Source: Octopus vulgaris
Lineage: Eukaryota
Length of the DNA stretch: 64,000 nt
NCBI GenBank assembly: GCA_951406725.2
Contig: OX597817.1
Coordinates: forward strand, 128,712,001-128,776,000
Reading direction: 5' to 3'
Below, piece by piece: positions 47,640 through 61,807 of this stretch. The position numbers were made by a program, and so were the translations under genes. Numbering within the stretch: position 1 is the stretch's first letter; every line of letters begins with the position of its first letter. The notes beneath the pieces are model-generated. The model was not told where the DNA came from. It made no database searches and saw only the letters and a program-made list of their open reading frames with translations.

Positions 47640-48400
47640 TTATGTACCTCAAAACTACGATAATTTTTCAATTCACAGCGAAATTGACTTCACGTTTCAT
47701 AAGATGATTATGTCACAATTATCAGTTGTGCACCCATTTTTCGTGTCCTTCCTCAGCAGAGCTATTACTCTTCAACTCAAAGAACAATTAATCATATTTC
47801 TCTCTAATTTTAATAGAAAGCTATTGAGATGCCTGCAAACTAGTTGGGCTTGTATACGAAAAGCTTGTAGGGAACACCTTCCAGACAGGGTGGTTTGCCC
47901 TTGTACAAGTTTCCGTTGTTCGTATCTCCGCTGATATTATCGGTTTTTGCATTGTGCATGTTTGATTGAGAGTCACTGAATGCTGTTGGATTAAACAGTG
48001 CACCGCTGGAAAGCTATACACATCTACTTGAAACTGTGTAGCGGGGACCCATATCAGTTCAAAGAACGAATTGTGGCGTTGCTATCATATCGTGCATCTT
48101 GAATAGCTTTCGTTCTAGAGCATTAGCTCTGTCTTCGCAGCCTCCATGGTTTCGCATTGAAAAAATTATTGAGGGCCATTTTCGGCGCTAATGCCTTGGT
48201 CAAGAAAATATGTTTAGTTCCTTCTTCCTGTTAACTCCCTGTGTTGTCAATATTTCTCGAGCGTTACATCGTTTCATTGCTAATCCTTATGGTTTCTACT
48301 TCGATACCTCTCTCTAGGGCGCTCCATCACCTGTTGATCGTTTCCGTGAAGTACTGCTCAATTGATTCGCTTATACAGTTGCTATAGTTTTCGTGCACTG
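47640..48400 (-). mobile_element. Highly decayed RTE-like LINE remnant (tentative)
   Basis: Minus-strand NATIRS..YG-like motif at about 48045-48081 and an RG.P-like C-terminal motif at about 47880-47905; many stops and frameshifts. Confidence 0.35.
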
Positions 48401-48633
48401 GGGAAGAGAAAGTGCGGATCACAAAATGGTGATCTGTGTAACTAAACAGTTCAAATTTTTGATACACTATAACATACTTATCTGTAGACCTAACAATGGT
48501 TGTCCAAATTAGCACTTTCAGGAAAATTAAGCATTTCTAGTCAGATAGTTGAGGATGTTTGAGTTGATTTGTGAGGCTACAACACCCCTTCTTCTTTAGG
48601 TTTAAACTACACAATCTCATCGTGCCTCAGATA

Positions 48634-49451
48634 TTTTCTCTACTAACCACCCCATTCTCCGGCGCTCCTTCCTTCAGTATCGTTTCTTGTTTTGACATTT
48701 ATATATCACTGACCAGGCCGCAGTAGGTGCGGGGAAAGGTTTTACACAAATAACAGGTTTTATGGTTGCGATTTTGGTTCTGACTAAGAAGCACCGGAAT
48801 AAAGCAGTAATGTAAGGTTAGAGTATCGCAGCTCCAGATATTTGAGTCACGCAACCATATCCTATTAACTTTAACTCATCAAAAATAGAACAGACCCACA
48901 ATTGCCAAACCACAAAAAAGCACGAAATAGCATCAACCGCATTACCTTTGTATGTTTGTAACTAGTGAAGATCGAATGCAACTAGAATGATATATGTAAT
49001 GCAAAACACAAGAATAAAGAAATCACGACGATTAAAAAACAATGGATTTTAACAAAAATGATATCCCTCATCCTCAAGGATACGCTCGACCATACTCAGA
49101 GATAAGCCGAAGAAATCGGGTCTTGTTATCGAAAGCAAGAAATCGAATGAAATAATTCTAAAATAAGGTACAATGATTCATGTCAAGGAGATGGAGTACA
49201 GCAGACTATATATCGATCGCAGTTACTTGATACATTGATATCGAATGAAGAAGAATTCAAAGTGAACCTCCATAGGAATTGATCTCGTAATTAATCATTG
49301 GTGCAGTAGCACAAACGAATATGTTTAATTTTCTCTATTAACTACACCATTTTCCGGCGCTCCTTCCTAAAACATAGCTTCTTGTTTTGACAATTATACA
49401 TCAGTGACCAGGCTGCAGAAGGTGCGACGAAAAGGTTTTACACTAAATAAC
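48634..49451. repeat. Diverged ~120-bp direct repeats (48634-48755 and 49329-49451)
   Basis: Shared CCGGCGCTCCTTCCT..TTCTTGTTTTGACA..TGACCAGGC.GCAG.AGGTGCG..AAAGGTTTTACAC. Confidence 0.85.
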
Positions 49452-49673
49452 AAATGTGTAAGTGAAGTTAACACCCTTTTTATGTTTTTCAATGGTTATA
49501 ATATCTGTTCCACGCTGCAAATGTTTTCCTTTTTCCAACAGACAGTTTGAGAAAAAGCACTTGCCAAACAAGTATATATATATGTGTGTGTGCGTGAGTG
49601 TGTGTTTGTTTCTATGTATGTATTTACTATGTATGCATGTCTGCATGTATGTATGCATGTGTGTATATTTATA

Positions 49674-49744
<71 letters not shown>

Positions 49745-50045
49745 ATGTATATATGTGTATGTGTATTTGTGTGTGTATGTGTGTATATGTATATATAGTT
49801 AAAGAAGTGATTTTTTACATTTTTAAACGCAGGATAATGCTAATAATATAGCCTGAACAGGATAAACAATCCCTATTTTTCAGAAAAATCACTTTGCTCG
49901 AATAATGGAACTGCAACTACAATGTTTCATATTTTATTTCTACTTTCATTCTCTTATTTCCCTCTATATTCCCTTTCTCCACCTTTTCCACAATAATTCC
50001 TTATTTCGAACTCAAGCATTTACTTCTGTTTAACCATCCCACATC

Positions 50046-50093
50046 GTTTCTGATGACAGGATGTCCATAATATCCCAGAAACAGCTGTAAGGC
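50046..50093 (+). ncRNA. Minimal type I hammerhead in a Penelope-like 3' end (~49850-50165)
   Basis: GTTT CTGATGA CA GGATGT CCATA ATATCC CA GAAA CAGCTG TA AGGC: palindromic ACAGCTGT stem III, GUA triplet, stem I with two G.U pairs. The element runs into (TA)n. Confidence 0.7.
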
Positions 50094-50214
50094 TATGTCT
50101 ATATCTCTTTCCTTATGTCTTGAACACTCCTCACAGCCTTGGCTTTATTATCTATTTTTGTTTAATATATATATATATATATACAAACATGCATATATAC
50201 ATACATATACACAT

Positions 50215-50264
<50 letters not shown>

Positions 50265-50464
50265 TGTGTTTACCTGTTTTTGCTCGATGTTGATCTCCAG
50301 TACTTAATAATGTGTATTACACACATATATGTATACATATATACATAAAACAAATATCTGCATATGCGAAATATTATGAATGATCTATCAATCAGAAATG
50401 AAAATAGTTGATTGGTAGGATCATTAGTGTGTTAGACACACGCGCGCACACACACACACACATA

Positions 50465-50519
<55 letters not shown>

Positions 50520-51124
50520 ATCGTTTAAACCCTGCTGTGGCCGTATTATCTTTTAAAAATGGAACAAGGCTGAGCTAGGCGTTAGCAATTTCTTCGCATC
50601 CTACATGTCACAAAACTGCGAAAAAAAACATGGCGGATGAGGACGGTAGAAATCACTGAAAACAAAGCATTAGACTGGAGTGCTTAGCAACTACTCATGC
50701 AGCACTTAAGGCGAGGGCGTGGACGATATGGTAAGCTGAAGTTTTACTGCAGAGGGAGGTAAATAAAAAACCTCTCCCCAAATTCTGACCTCACTCAGGT
50801 CACTTTCTTATATGCCTCTGTCGCAACAGAAGGATGTTTATCCTTTTCACCTGCCTTACTGTCGCTCCTTTGATATATCAACTCCGCACACTCCCAAACC
50901 CACCTACAAACAAGCCATATCTGTCACCCCCATCCCTGCCTACATCTGTGTGTGCGTGTGAGTGTGTGAGTTTATGTGTATGACTTTGAATTAAAATTTG
51001 TATACTTGCGTATGTATACAAACATCTGAACAGGTACATACACGTACACACACATAGACACACAGTCACACACATATGCGTGTATATATACAATTATACG
51101 TATGTACAAATACATAAATAAATA

Positions 51125-51366
51125 AATATATATATATATATATATATATGTGTATGTATATACATACATACATATATATATATATATATGTATATATATG
51201 TATATATATATGTATATATATACATATATATATATATACATATGTATATATATATATGTATATATATACATATATATATATGTATATATATGCATATATA
51301 TATATATATGTATATATGTATATATATATATATGTATATATATACATATATATATATGTATATATA

Positions 51367-51405
<39 letters not shown>

Positions 51406-51634
51406 GTATATATATTAATATATATGTGTATATATACATGTGTCTGTGTGTATATATGCATATATACGTGTATATACAATTATACGTATATACAAATTCA
51501 TATATATTTATATTTATCCATACATATGTATATATACATACACATACATATATATACATGCATATATATATGTGTGTGTGTGTGTGTGCGTGCGTGCGTG
51601 TGTGTGTTTGTGTGTGTGTGTGAGAGTGTGTGTC

Positions 51635-51672
<38 letters not shown>

Positions 51673-51684
51673 TGTGTGTGTGTG
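51125..51684. repeat. Long degenerate (TA)n / (TG)n microsatellite field
   Basis: Direct reading; source of the 266-aa and 199-aa low-complexity ORFs. Confidence 0.95.
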
Positions 51685-51871
51685 TACACCTGTGCGAATA
51701 CTTGTACTGTCGCTTGTTTTTATCTATGCAAGCACGCCTCTGGTTGAGTTGCCTTTTGACACTTAATACCACTTAGCATCCATTTTCAGTCTAACTTGAT
51801 TTCTTTGTTTATTTATTGAGTATATATACATGTGTATCAATATATCTGTGTAAGTTTATGCTGGAATATAG

Positions 51872-52365
51872 AGGCGGAGAGTTGGTAGAAATGCTTAGCC
51901 GTATTTCGTCTGTCGTTACGTTCTGAGTTCAAATTCCGCCGAGGTCGACTTTGCCTTTCATCCTTTCGGGGTCGAAAAATAAAGTACCAGTTTCGCACTG
52001 GAGTCGATGTAATTGACTTATTCCCTTTTTCTGTCCTTGTTTGTCCCCTCTGTGTTTAGCCCCTTGTGGGTAGTAATGAAATATATATGCTGGAATATAT
52101 GTATGTGTGCATACATTATATGAACAAATACAAACATTCATTATACACACGCTCATACATCAGTTTCAAATTTGACACAAGGTCAGCAATTACGGAGAGC
52201 GAATAAGTCGATTACATAGTCCCCAGTGCCCAAATGCTATTTCTTTTATCGACCCCCCCCCCCACAAGGGATGAAAGGCGAAGTCGACCCCGGCGGAATT
52301 TGAGCGCAGAACATGGAGATCAACGAAATGCTGCTTAGCTAACGATTCTGCTAGTTCGCCTCCTT
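51872..52365. mobile_element. Tail-to-tail SINE family B pair (plus 51872-52082, minus ~52160-52365)
   Basis: Family B motifs on opposite strands; further decayed copies at about 52480-52860. Confidence 0.85.
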
Positions 52366-52390
52366 TCACACGCACGCACACACACGCACG

Positions 52391-52446
<56 letters not shown>

Positions 52447-53362
52447 ACGAGGAGCTTATGCATAGACACTAAGTTTGCCTTTTATACCAGTTGAGCTCTA
52501 GAGTCGATATAATCAACTAGCCTACCTGAAATTGCAGGCCTTGTGCTTAAATATGAAACCGTTATTTTGAATATTATGATTAGGAAAATGAAGGTAGAAA
52601 GCTGGATGAATCTTTAGCACATTAGCCATGTCTTCCTGCTCAATACGTTCTGGATTCAAATACTGCCATGATCTACTTTAGGGGTTGATAAAGCATAGTA
52701 TCCGTCAAGTACTGAACCCGAAGTTATTGACTCCCTCCCTCCAAAAATTTCTGACCTTGTGCCAAGATTAGGATAATATATTGGCAGAATTGATTAGATT
52801 TCCGGCAAAATGTCTTGCGATTGTTCGTTACAAACCCTTAGGTTTTGAGTTCAAATGCCTAAGCAAATAAAATACGGCTGTGTAGTCTCCCTTGATGACT
52901 TTTCTAGAAGCAATCTTGCTGGATTGGTAGCATAATTCTGATTTGAACAAAGATAAAATACTTTACATGAAACATGTCTAGACAAAATGCAACTACTATC
53001 CGGGGTTTATATACTCGAAGACACAAATTCGTTGGGTAAGAGAGTATAACCGCACAAATTTGTGCCTGCGAGCTACTGTTAGACTATCGTGTTGGCAGAA
53101 TTGCTCTTGCGGCAAGGAATTCTCATGCTCGAGAATACAGAGCAGTACTTCAGAAACATAAAATATAAATACTTTTCATATATTATCAATACAAGTATAG
53201 ACAGTAACTCCTTCCTTTATTTTTTAAATTACTTTCTATCATCGCAGCTGTATTGGTGGAGTGCGGTGGGAGAAAATTAAACCATCAATAGCTTAAGTCA
53301 ATTATTTTGGATGCAAAGGAACGCATATAGAACGTAACCAAATACCGTTCTGTTTACGATCC

Positions 53363-53410
<48 letters not shown>

Positions 53411-53814
53411 TACAAACGCACTTACACAAACACACATGTGCATAATTATCAGGCGATATTTGGCCCACTTTCTATTTTACTAGCAGCCTTTCTTATTGTT
53501 CTAAGTCGATACTTATTAAATCGAATTACTCTGTATTTTTTCCACGTTGTCTCCTGCTGGTCATAAGTCCCTTTCTTCTATGTTCTAAGTCGTAATACTT
53601 TCTAACGTCCTATTGTTTACCTTAGTGATGTACATTTATCATTAAGGTGCATCCTGAGACGTTCTTTATTGAACTTTTACTTCAGTTGTTGTCCACATGG
53701 TCTTTCAATACATCAAAACATACATGCATACTAATATACATACATACATACATACATACATACATACATACATACATACATACATACATACATACATACA
53801 GACGTGCAATATAT

Positions 53815-54160
53815 GCACAGACATGTTTATTCTGTAATGGTTTGTATTTTTTTTATTAATTGACATTTTTATTTTTCAGGTTCTATCTATAATTGTTTAA
53901 TCATGCTAAGTGCAAAAGAAGCTTTGGAACTGTCTGAATTTCAAAGAAGCCGTATTGTGGGTCATTCTGAAGGTGGACGCAGAAAACCTTGCGATCCCAC
54001 TTTCTACAGTTAATAGATTGCATTGAAAAAGGCAAAGGGCATGTCTACTAAATATTAAATATTTACCTTATAACAATTAATAAATAATTTGAATGTATAA
54101 TTTCAGATTTAAATAAATTTTAATGATTATAAGGATGTCTATCTAATTCTGTCAGGTGTG
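53815..54160 (+). mobile_element. Tc1-like fragment retaining the N-terminal HTH start
   Basis: MLSAKEALELSEFQRSRIVGHSEGG (from about 53903) resembles the ELSEF.RGRIVG N-terminus of Tc1-like transposases. Confidence 0.5.
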
Positions 54161-54166
54161 TATGTG

Positions 54167-54167
<1 letters not shown>

Positions 54168-54236
<69 letters not shown>
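54168..54236. repeat. (GATA)n microsatellite
   Basis: Direct reading. Confidence 0.97.
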
Positions 54237-54635
54237 TGTTTCTTTATTAGCCACACAGGGCTGCACACAGACAGGACAAATTACAAGGTAGAGCTTTTTT
54301 TTGGGGGGGGGGGTAAAAGAAGGGGGTTTGGTTTTCGATCAAAAGAGATCGTAAAAGGAAAGAAAGAGGACAAAAAAAGAGATAGTTTCAACTGGTTTCT
54401 GCAAACTAGCTGTCTAGTCTACCAAATATTACTCACATGATCACTCGTTTTTGATGAGCGAACTTCTTAGACACATGGATTTGCATGCATCAATTTATAT
54501 TTAACTAAAAGAAATAGTTGTGGGTGTGTTGAAGAAACTGAAATCTGGAAATTTTTCACCCTCGAAAACAGAATCACGTACAAACTTTTGTTTGTATAAC
54601 ATATATGTACGCGTGCGTCATTGTGTGTGTGTGTA

Positions 54636-55744
54636 CAGGGTTTGTCGAAGATAATGGAAGCACCAGCTCACCTTATATCTAACTATTTATTCGATTGGCA
54701 ATATGACAAATTCACAGTTATGTTAGTCTTTATATATGCGTTCATATGCATTATGGCTATAGTTTCGGCCACTAAAACCGCTGAATTTGTCAAATAGATA
54801 CATTCTCTAAAATCATGTTGATATTCAACAACCAAGGTAAAAACCATCTCTGTCATTCAGAATTCTGGACGGAAGCAAAGTTCAAGAAGGGCCGCAGAAT
54901 AAGGAAACGCTTTTGTTCCTAGGAAAAAAATCGAACTATGGCAGTAAAATTGACGGTAGTGCTAAATGAACGAGCTTGCCAAATCTGTATCAACCAAAAC
55001 TGTTCGTTTTCAGTTCCATGGAAGGGCTGCAATTGCTAAACTTCTTGTGCTAAACCTCCTCATTGATACGCGGGGGAAATGGTGCCTAAACTATCAATGG
55101 AACAAGTCATTTTTATGATGAATTATTATTGCGTTTTTCTCACCTCAGTGAGAGTTTATGTCTGGAGACAATCCAAAGAAGCAGTCAAGACTGATTGTTT
55201 GGCCTCTACTATGAAGGATGAAAGAGGCTCTATGATTACTCGCGCAGACATATCACGTAATTCACTTTGCCCTTTAGTTGTCCTAAAATGCAAGTGTTAA
55301 CTCCAAAGATTATCTGAGTATTTTGGTTAATCAGGTCCATCCTAAGGTACACTCTTCTCTGATAGTAAAGAAATTTTCCAAAGCGATAAAGCATCAATTG
55401 AAACGACAATGCTATTCAAAATTAGTTGTGTGAATTAGTAAGAAGAACGCAAAAAGTGAAGTAGACCACTTGGATAGGCTTCCGCAATCATTGGATCTCA
55501 ATAAAATCAAACATTTGTGGTGCATTTTAGAGTAGCAAGTGAGGAGCCGCTTCCTTCCGCCATTGCCACTAAAAGAGATAAGACAGGTCTTACTTGAAGA
55601 ATAGCTAAAAATTCCCCTAACAATCTATCTGAAAATATACGAGTCAATTCCTTAGCTGTGATTGATGCCGAAGATGGACCAGGTTCAAATTAAATAATAA
55701 AATTCCAATTAACAAAAAATTTCTATTCTTTTGTCCATTCCCTG
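54636..55744 (+). mobile_element. Fossil Tc1-like transposon with TA TSD
   Basis: TA|CAGGGTTTGTCGAAGATAATGGAA and TTCTATTCTTTTGTCCATTCCCTG|TA imperfect TIRs. Decayed WEQVIF, VYVWRQ, IFQSDKA and PQSLDLNKIKHLWCILE motifs. Confidence 0.8.
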
Positions 55745-55810
55745 TATATTCATACATGTATAAATGTATACATACATACTTATATCTATGTGCATGTATG
55801 TGTGCGTGTA

Positions 55811-56167
55811 TAGAGTGTTCCTATTAATATTTTCACAGTTTAACAACTGCTAACTCAATTTTCATTTCTGCTTGGTTTTAACCCATTAGAAGTAACGAAG
55901 GAATCCACGCTAAGTTTTGAATGAAACAATCTTTTGAAGAAGCTGAAGTGCAAGGTAGTTGAGGAGGGGATTTCTAGCCGATTCATTTACGCAACTTGTC
56001 ATCACTTGAAATAGAGATAATTTTAAAGTAAATGGAACTGTTCGGAATATTCACAAGAAGCGTTCTGGAAGACCAATGGGCATCGATGAGCCTCCATAAA
56101 GCAAGAAACTATGCAAGAAACTTATTGCAAGTGAGTCGTAAGAAAGGAATTTCAAAATCAAGAAAAG

Positions 56168-56198
<31 letters not shown>

Positions 56199-56200
56199 CA

Positions 56201-56234
<34 letters not shown>

Positions 56235-57253
56235 CATACGTGCTCTGAATGAAGATGATCCGGATTGAGGAGTTGAGTTTTGCGAGTGGTACTTTGCAAA
56301 ATGTGTAGATGAACACTTTCCAAAAAAAGAATTCTTAGAGTAATTTAGATTAAATTACTCAATTACGGTCACAATCACTGGGTCGGGAATGAAATTTGCC
56401 TTAGGGAGTGTAAACACAAATCCAAAAATTTTTACAAGCATTGTCTTATTGTTTTATTTATTTATTTTCGTTCTTTGTTCTTTGAGAAGAATCCAGACTT
56501 CAAACTACTTTTTACAGATCACATTTTACTTGTTTTTAAAACTGAGAAAAATAAATAAGTGTGCAAATTTTGATTTTGCACCCCACGATAATTTTAGTGG
56601 GTGCACTTTCACCCTCTGCTTCCGAACCCATGGTCACAATTGTACTTACTGGTGCCCAGAGAATCTGCATATTACGGTACAACATCATGTTGACCCTCAT
56701 ACTGTTCCCAATGGTTACAATATTGTGTGTCTTGTCATTAAAACGATTAATTACAGTCCTATATGCTTGAATTTGCAACAACAATTTTTCATGCCAAGTA
56801 TTCAAAAGGAGCTTGAAGGTGTGGAGTTTTATTTCCAGTAGGTGGGGCTGTCCCACACAACCAGAGTAATGTAAGAGCCTATCTTATTGAGATTTTGCCA
56901 AAAGAGGTGGATTGAACGAAGAGGTAGATCAAACGAACTCTCTGTCTTATCCGGACCTCTCAACACTTTTTTACAATTTGGATACTTAAAAGACGAAGTT
57001 TACGGTTTCAAGACCAGCAATACTCGTCGAATTGAAGACAACCATTGAGCGAGAATGCTCACAAGTACCGAATGATTCTTTCATGATGTTTAAGATTCCT
57101 TTGCTTCAAGTTGCCAGCAGCACCTGGTCCAGAACAGCGACCAGTTTGAAATTTCTGTTTGTAAATTCAACTAAATTTTAAAAATTAAATGTATGTCCAA
57201 AGTCCCTGCCTTTGTAATCATTCAATGAGTCTATACGTTTTTTAAGGCAACAA

Positions 57254-57258
<5 letters not shown>
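55811..57258 (+). mobile_element. Fossil Tc1/mariner-superfamily transposon (different family) with internal insertions
   Basis: ALNEDDPD*GVEFCEWY, HNCTYWCPENLHI, YFQ*VG and RWIERRG..PDLN are decayed versions of L.EDD..RR.EFC.W, HN..YW..ENP, YFQQDGAP and RWIGRRG..SPDL. Confidence 0.6.
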
Positions 57259-57340
<82 letters not shown>

Positions 57341-57956
57341 GTATATATATATATGTGTGTGTTTGTGTGTGTGTGCGTGCGTGTATATGTATATATATAT
57401 ATGTATGTGTATGTGTGTGTGAGAGAGAGAGAGAAGTTAAGCTCTTTGATAGGCATACGATGTTTAAAGCAATTGGAAGTATATGTAAAGTACGATATTT
57501 TTGCTTATTATTGTCCTTTAGTATGTTTTATACGAAGGAACCAAACATTGAGAACCATATTTCCGCTTAAGCTTAACATGTAAAAGAAAAAGTATAGGAA
57601 AAAGTTTATAATATGAAAGAGCTAATGCTTTATATTAACAAAAAAAAAAAACATTGTAGAAAAATATAAAAAGCTACAAGAATTTTGTCACCATGGTGTA
57701 TATAATTATAAAAAAAGTTAAAGTTCGTTGTTTTATCTTTAATTATATGATAATATTTACAATGTGGATTATATATAAAAATTAGATAAAACATAGTACT
57801 TCTTGATTTATTATGTTTATTTATTTTTTTCAAAATTCGGGACGTTTGAGTTCCAGCACACGCACGCATACTTATGCATATATTTACATGCATATACACT
57901 ACATTTAGTAAACATGAACACACGTATATGTATATTTGTGTATATGCATCTATGTT

Positions 57957-57994
<38 letters not shown>

Positions 57995-58001
57995 CATATT
58001 A

Positions 58002-58346
58002 TGTAAGTACCTATATTCGCATATACGTTCATACATATACTAAATCAAAACGTCACCTCTTAGACACTGGCCGCAGCATATTGGAGCACATCAGCAACGG
58101 AGGGTGCTAATGCGTGCCGTACTCTAGCCGTTGCATTGAACGGTTCACCTGATGTTTCTAAGATTTCGGAGTCTTGAGTCACTGTGCACTCTGTTATGCC
58201 GGACGATCGACCAGCCCTCAACCCTCTCTGGAAGTACTCATACACACATGCATGACACAGATGCTACACAAGATCACAAGTGGATGGAAGAATTGGTGAC
58301 AAGAGACACCAGAATAAAGCAAAGGACTCTTGCTGGTTAAGGCACA
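58002..58346 (+). mobile_element. Possible solo LTR
   Basis: TG...CA ends, AATAAA at 58313-58318, flanks TATTA/TAATA (4 of 5 match), and GC-richer than the surroundings. Confidence 0.3.
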
Positions 58347-58672
58347 TAATATTTTTAAAATTTTATTTTACAAGTTTTAAAACAGTTTTTTCTTTCTTCA
58401 TACTGATAAAAAAATAAAGATGTGAGGAAGAACTAGAAGAAACAATAAAATTTTCGTCATCGTTATCATCACATTCTCCTTTGTGGTGTTCTTTCTCTTA
58501 CTCTTCGCACCTTTAGGTTTTGCAAATGTTGATTCAGTTGTGTAGACTGTTAACATTGTCTTGTTGTTGTTAAAGGTACGATCAAATTTTATTGTTCATT
58601 TATGGTATTGCTGTTCAGTTATTGTTCATTTACATTTCAATCGTTGTTCATTGATCACGTTCACTTTCAATG

Positions 58673-59873
58673 CAAGGGGTGCAGAAACGTTCCTGGCTTT
58701 AAGGCTATCGTGAAAGGGTGGAATTGTTACCTTTTGCAGGCTAGGTGGGACAACTATTTTGGAGAAGATAGGCAAAAAATCATGAAGTTATACAATATAT
58801 CTTTTCCTTTTTTTTTTGCTAATTTAACACATGAGTGCAGCTCCTACAGTGGATTTTGGTAAACTGAACCACGATCTGTCATGAAGTTCCTCTTTTTGCG
58901 AAGCAAAGGAGTGGTGGAAATCTATAGCGAGATGAAGGAAATCTTGAAGGATAGCTGCCTATATTAATCTTCAATAAATATCTGTCTGTTAAGGTTTCAG
59001 GCTGGTCATGTTGAGGTCACAGATGAACCCCGGTCAGGACAGCCAACTTCCGCAACCACAGAGGACAAAACCGACGATATGCACGTCATGATTCTCGAGG
59101 ACCGTCGGATTTCCGCTAAAGGCATAGCTGCTTGAACGCAGATCAGAAGCGCATCAGAATGATGACATCAAAGGCGATTTTGGACACCGGTTTGCTGCGG
59201 CAGAGGGTGATTTTATGGCTCGTTCAGTTACCATGGATGAAATTTAGCTTCATCATTATGATCCCCAGACCAAGCAGCAATCAGTGGAGTGACGCCACAG
59301 TGATTCACCGCGTCCCAAGAGGTTATGGACCCAGAAGTCAGTTGGAAAGATTCTGGCTTCAGTGTTCTGGGAAAAACGCGGGTTACTCATAAAATACCTG
59401 CCAAAGAGTCGCACCATCAACGCAGAAAACTGCATGTCTCTATTGGATGAACTGTGTGAAGCTTTGAAGCAGAAACGCTGTGAAAGGCTGAGCTGTGGTA
59501 TCCTGTTTTTTCAGGACAATGCACCAACATACAGAGTACAGGAAACTCTACGGAAAATACGCGACTTAGATTTCGAATTGGCAGACCTTACTCTCCTGAT
59601 TTGGCCCCCTCCAATTATCACCTCTTTCCGCGACCGAAGAAACATCTCAAGGGAACGAATATTTCACTCCGATTCGGAAGTGATCGCTGCTACAGAGGCC
59701 TGGTTGGAAGACCACCTTCCGAGTTATTTTTTTAGAGGGCTTAGACAAAAGCTGAAGGACTGTTGCAATAAGTGTATGAATCTGAGAGGGTAATATGTTA
59801 AATAAAATCATAATTAATTGACACTCCTTTTATTTACGTTTACCCAACACCAGGAACTTTTCAGCACCCCTCG
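58673..59873 (+). mobile_element. Near full-length mariner-like element with transposase pseudogene
   Basis: TIRs CAAGGGGTGCAGAAACGTTCCTGG / CCAGGAACTTTTCAGCACCCCTCG|TA. Peptides DEPRSGQPTSATT, VTMDEI*LHHYDPQTKQQS, LFFQDNAPT and PDLAPSNYHLF (DD34D-type), disrupted by stops and frameshifts. Confidence 0.92.
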
Positions 59874-61570
59874 TACTTTAATATTAAATCAAAAGGTATT
59901 TAAAAAATATATAGTTAATGATGTATGTACGTATATACAAAATATATATGTGTATATATATGTGTGTGTAGAAAGAATGATTGATGTATTTATAAATACA
60001 TATGTTCGACTGTCTGTTTATTTAATATAAATTGGCGCACACCCATATACACTTGTTACGTATGAAGAGCAGTGTCTGTGCGTTTGCATATTCTTAAAAA
60101 ATATATTATATTATATGGAAGAAAATAGTTTGTACAAAAATGTTGAGATAAAGCACTGAACTTCATGTATGGTTGTATATAAATTTGTCACTCTCTGTTC
60201 TACATCCAAACTAAACTGGGATGAAATTTTTATTTATTAATTCTCCACCCGCTCCCACCCTCCAAAAATAAAAGTCTCAAGATTTCATTCTAGTTGAGGG
60301 TACAGTTTATTCTATACATCTTAGCCTTGTGAATTGGCCATAAGAAATATATTCACAAGTAGTAGATGACGAATGTCAGTGGATTAGCAAACTGTATTAG
60401 ATGAGCAATGGATGATTTAACAATATTTACTATTGTCAGTTTATGTTCTGCATTCAAAATTTCGCGGGCAAATATTCATCTTTACCTCCAATCCTAACAG
60501 ATGAAGATAATATAAAGTATCAGAGCAATTATGCCATTTTTGAAATGTGTGTATGACCATGTTTTCGAGCATATGTTAGAATTCCTTATGATTTTTATTT
60601 GCAATATATTTTCTTATGCGTTAAAAACAAGAATTCAGTGAAACCGATCGGCAAAATATGTTTCAGCGACATTCATGTGTTTGGATAAGTTTATGTGCTG
60701 TTGGAAGAAGAGAAATTTCACGTTTCGGAACTGACCCTTTCTCAGAAGGCGATACGATATACGTATAAAATGTTCAACAGATATATTTTATATAGTTCAT
60801 TTTAAAGAAAATAAACTACTATAATCTTTACCAAGAAAATAAACTTCTAATTAATTTAGTTTTTATATTTCTTTTCTTAGTTTTTAAACATTAGTATATA
60901 TATTTTCTTTTGCTTTGGAATTCAGATTCTAGATTTTATTCTTCTTCATTTTTTTTTTTTTTTTTTGCAATTTCACATGCTGACACGACAAATTGGTTCT
61001 GTAGAGAAACTTTCCATCATCAGAATGACAGCGAGTTTTCAATTCAATTTTTCGTTATGAACTGCAAAGAGAGAAAGAAAAGTTATTTAATTTCAGTTGG
61101 ACGGCAATTAGAAAATGGTCATAAATTCTATATACATGCACATACATACATACATACATATATGCATACATACATACATACATACATACATACATACATA
61201 CATACATACATAAATACATACCAACTCTGCATTTATCAACACGGACTTCAAGATATATATATATATAATTCAATATACACTAATATTGAGTCATCTTTAT
61301 TCTTACTTAGTTCTAACATCCTTTCAAATGAAGAGGCTTATCAAAATAATCACATATATGTATTTAATGTATGTACGTATATATGTATGTACTCACATAC
61401 GATTTTGAAAAGAAAATGAACAAGGTTGGGTTGGAAGAACTAATTCCTTCTTGTTCCAAACACTTGTAATACAGTACTGAGTACATTCTCATAAGACTGG
61501 AGAATACAGAGAAATAGATATTTATGTATGTATGTATGTATGTATGTATACATGCATGTATGTGTGCATG

Positions 61571-61623
<53 letters not shown>

Positions 61624-61742
61624 CGTGTGTGATCGAACTGAATCCAAACAAACTGGAGATGATCTGTGTCAGCAAGACATTATTTAGTAAAATCGATAAA
61701 ATGAATATGTGTTTGATTGCATGTCCACACACGCGCGTGCAC

Positions 61743-61807
<65 letters not shown>

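Noticed and set aside
50972-51772. Long ORFs (266 aa, 199 aa and similar YI/HT/CV/N-rich ORFs across the window)
   Set aside because: Translations of microsatellites that lack stop codons.
60716-60748. Minus-strand CTGAGAA...GAAACGTG hammerhead-like motif
   Set aside because: The first box is defective and the cleavage position is G; at best a dead relic, not supportable.
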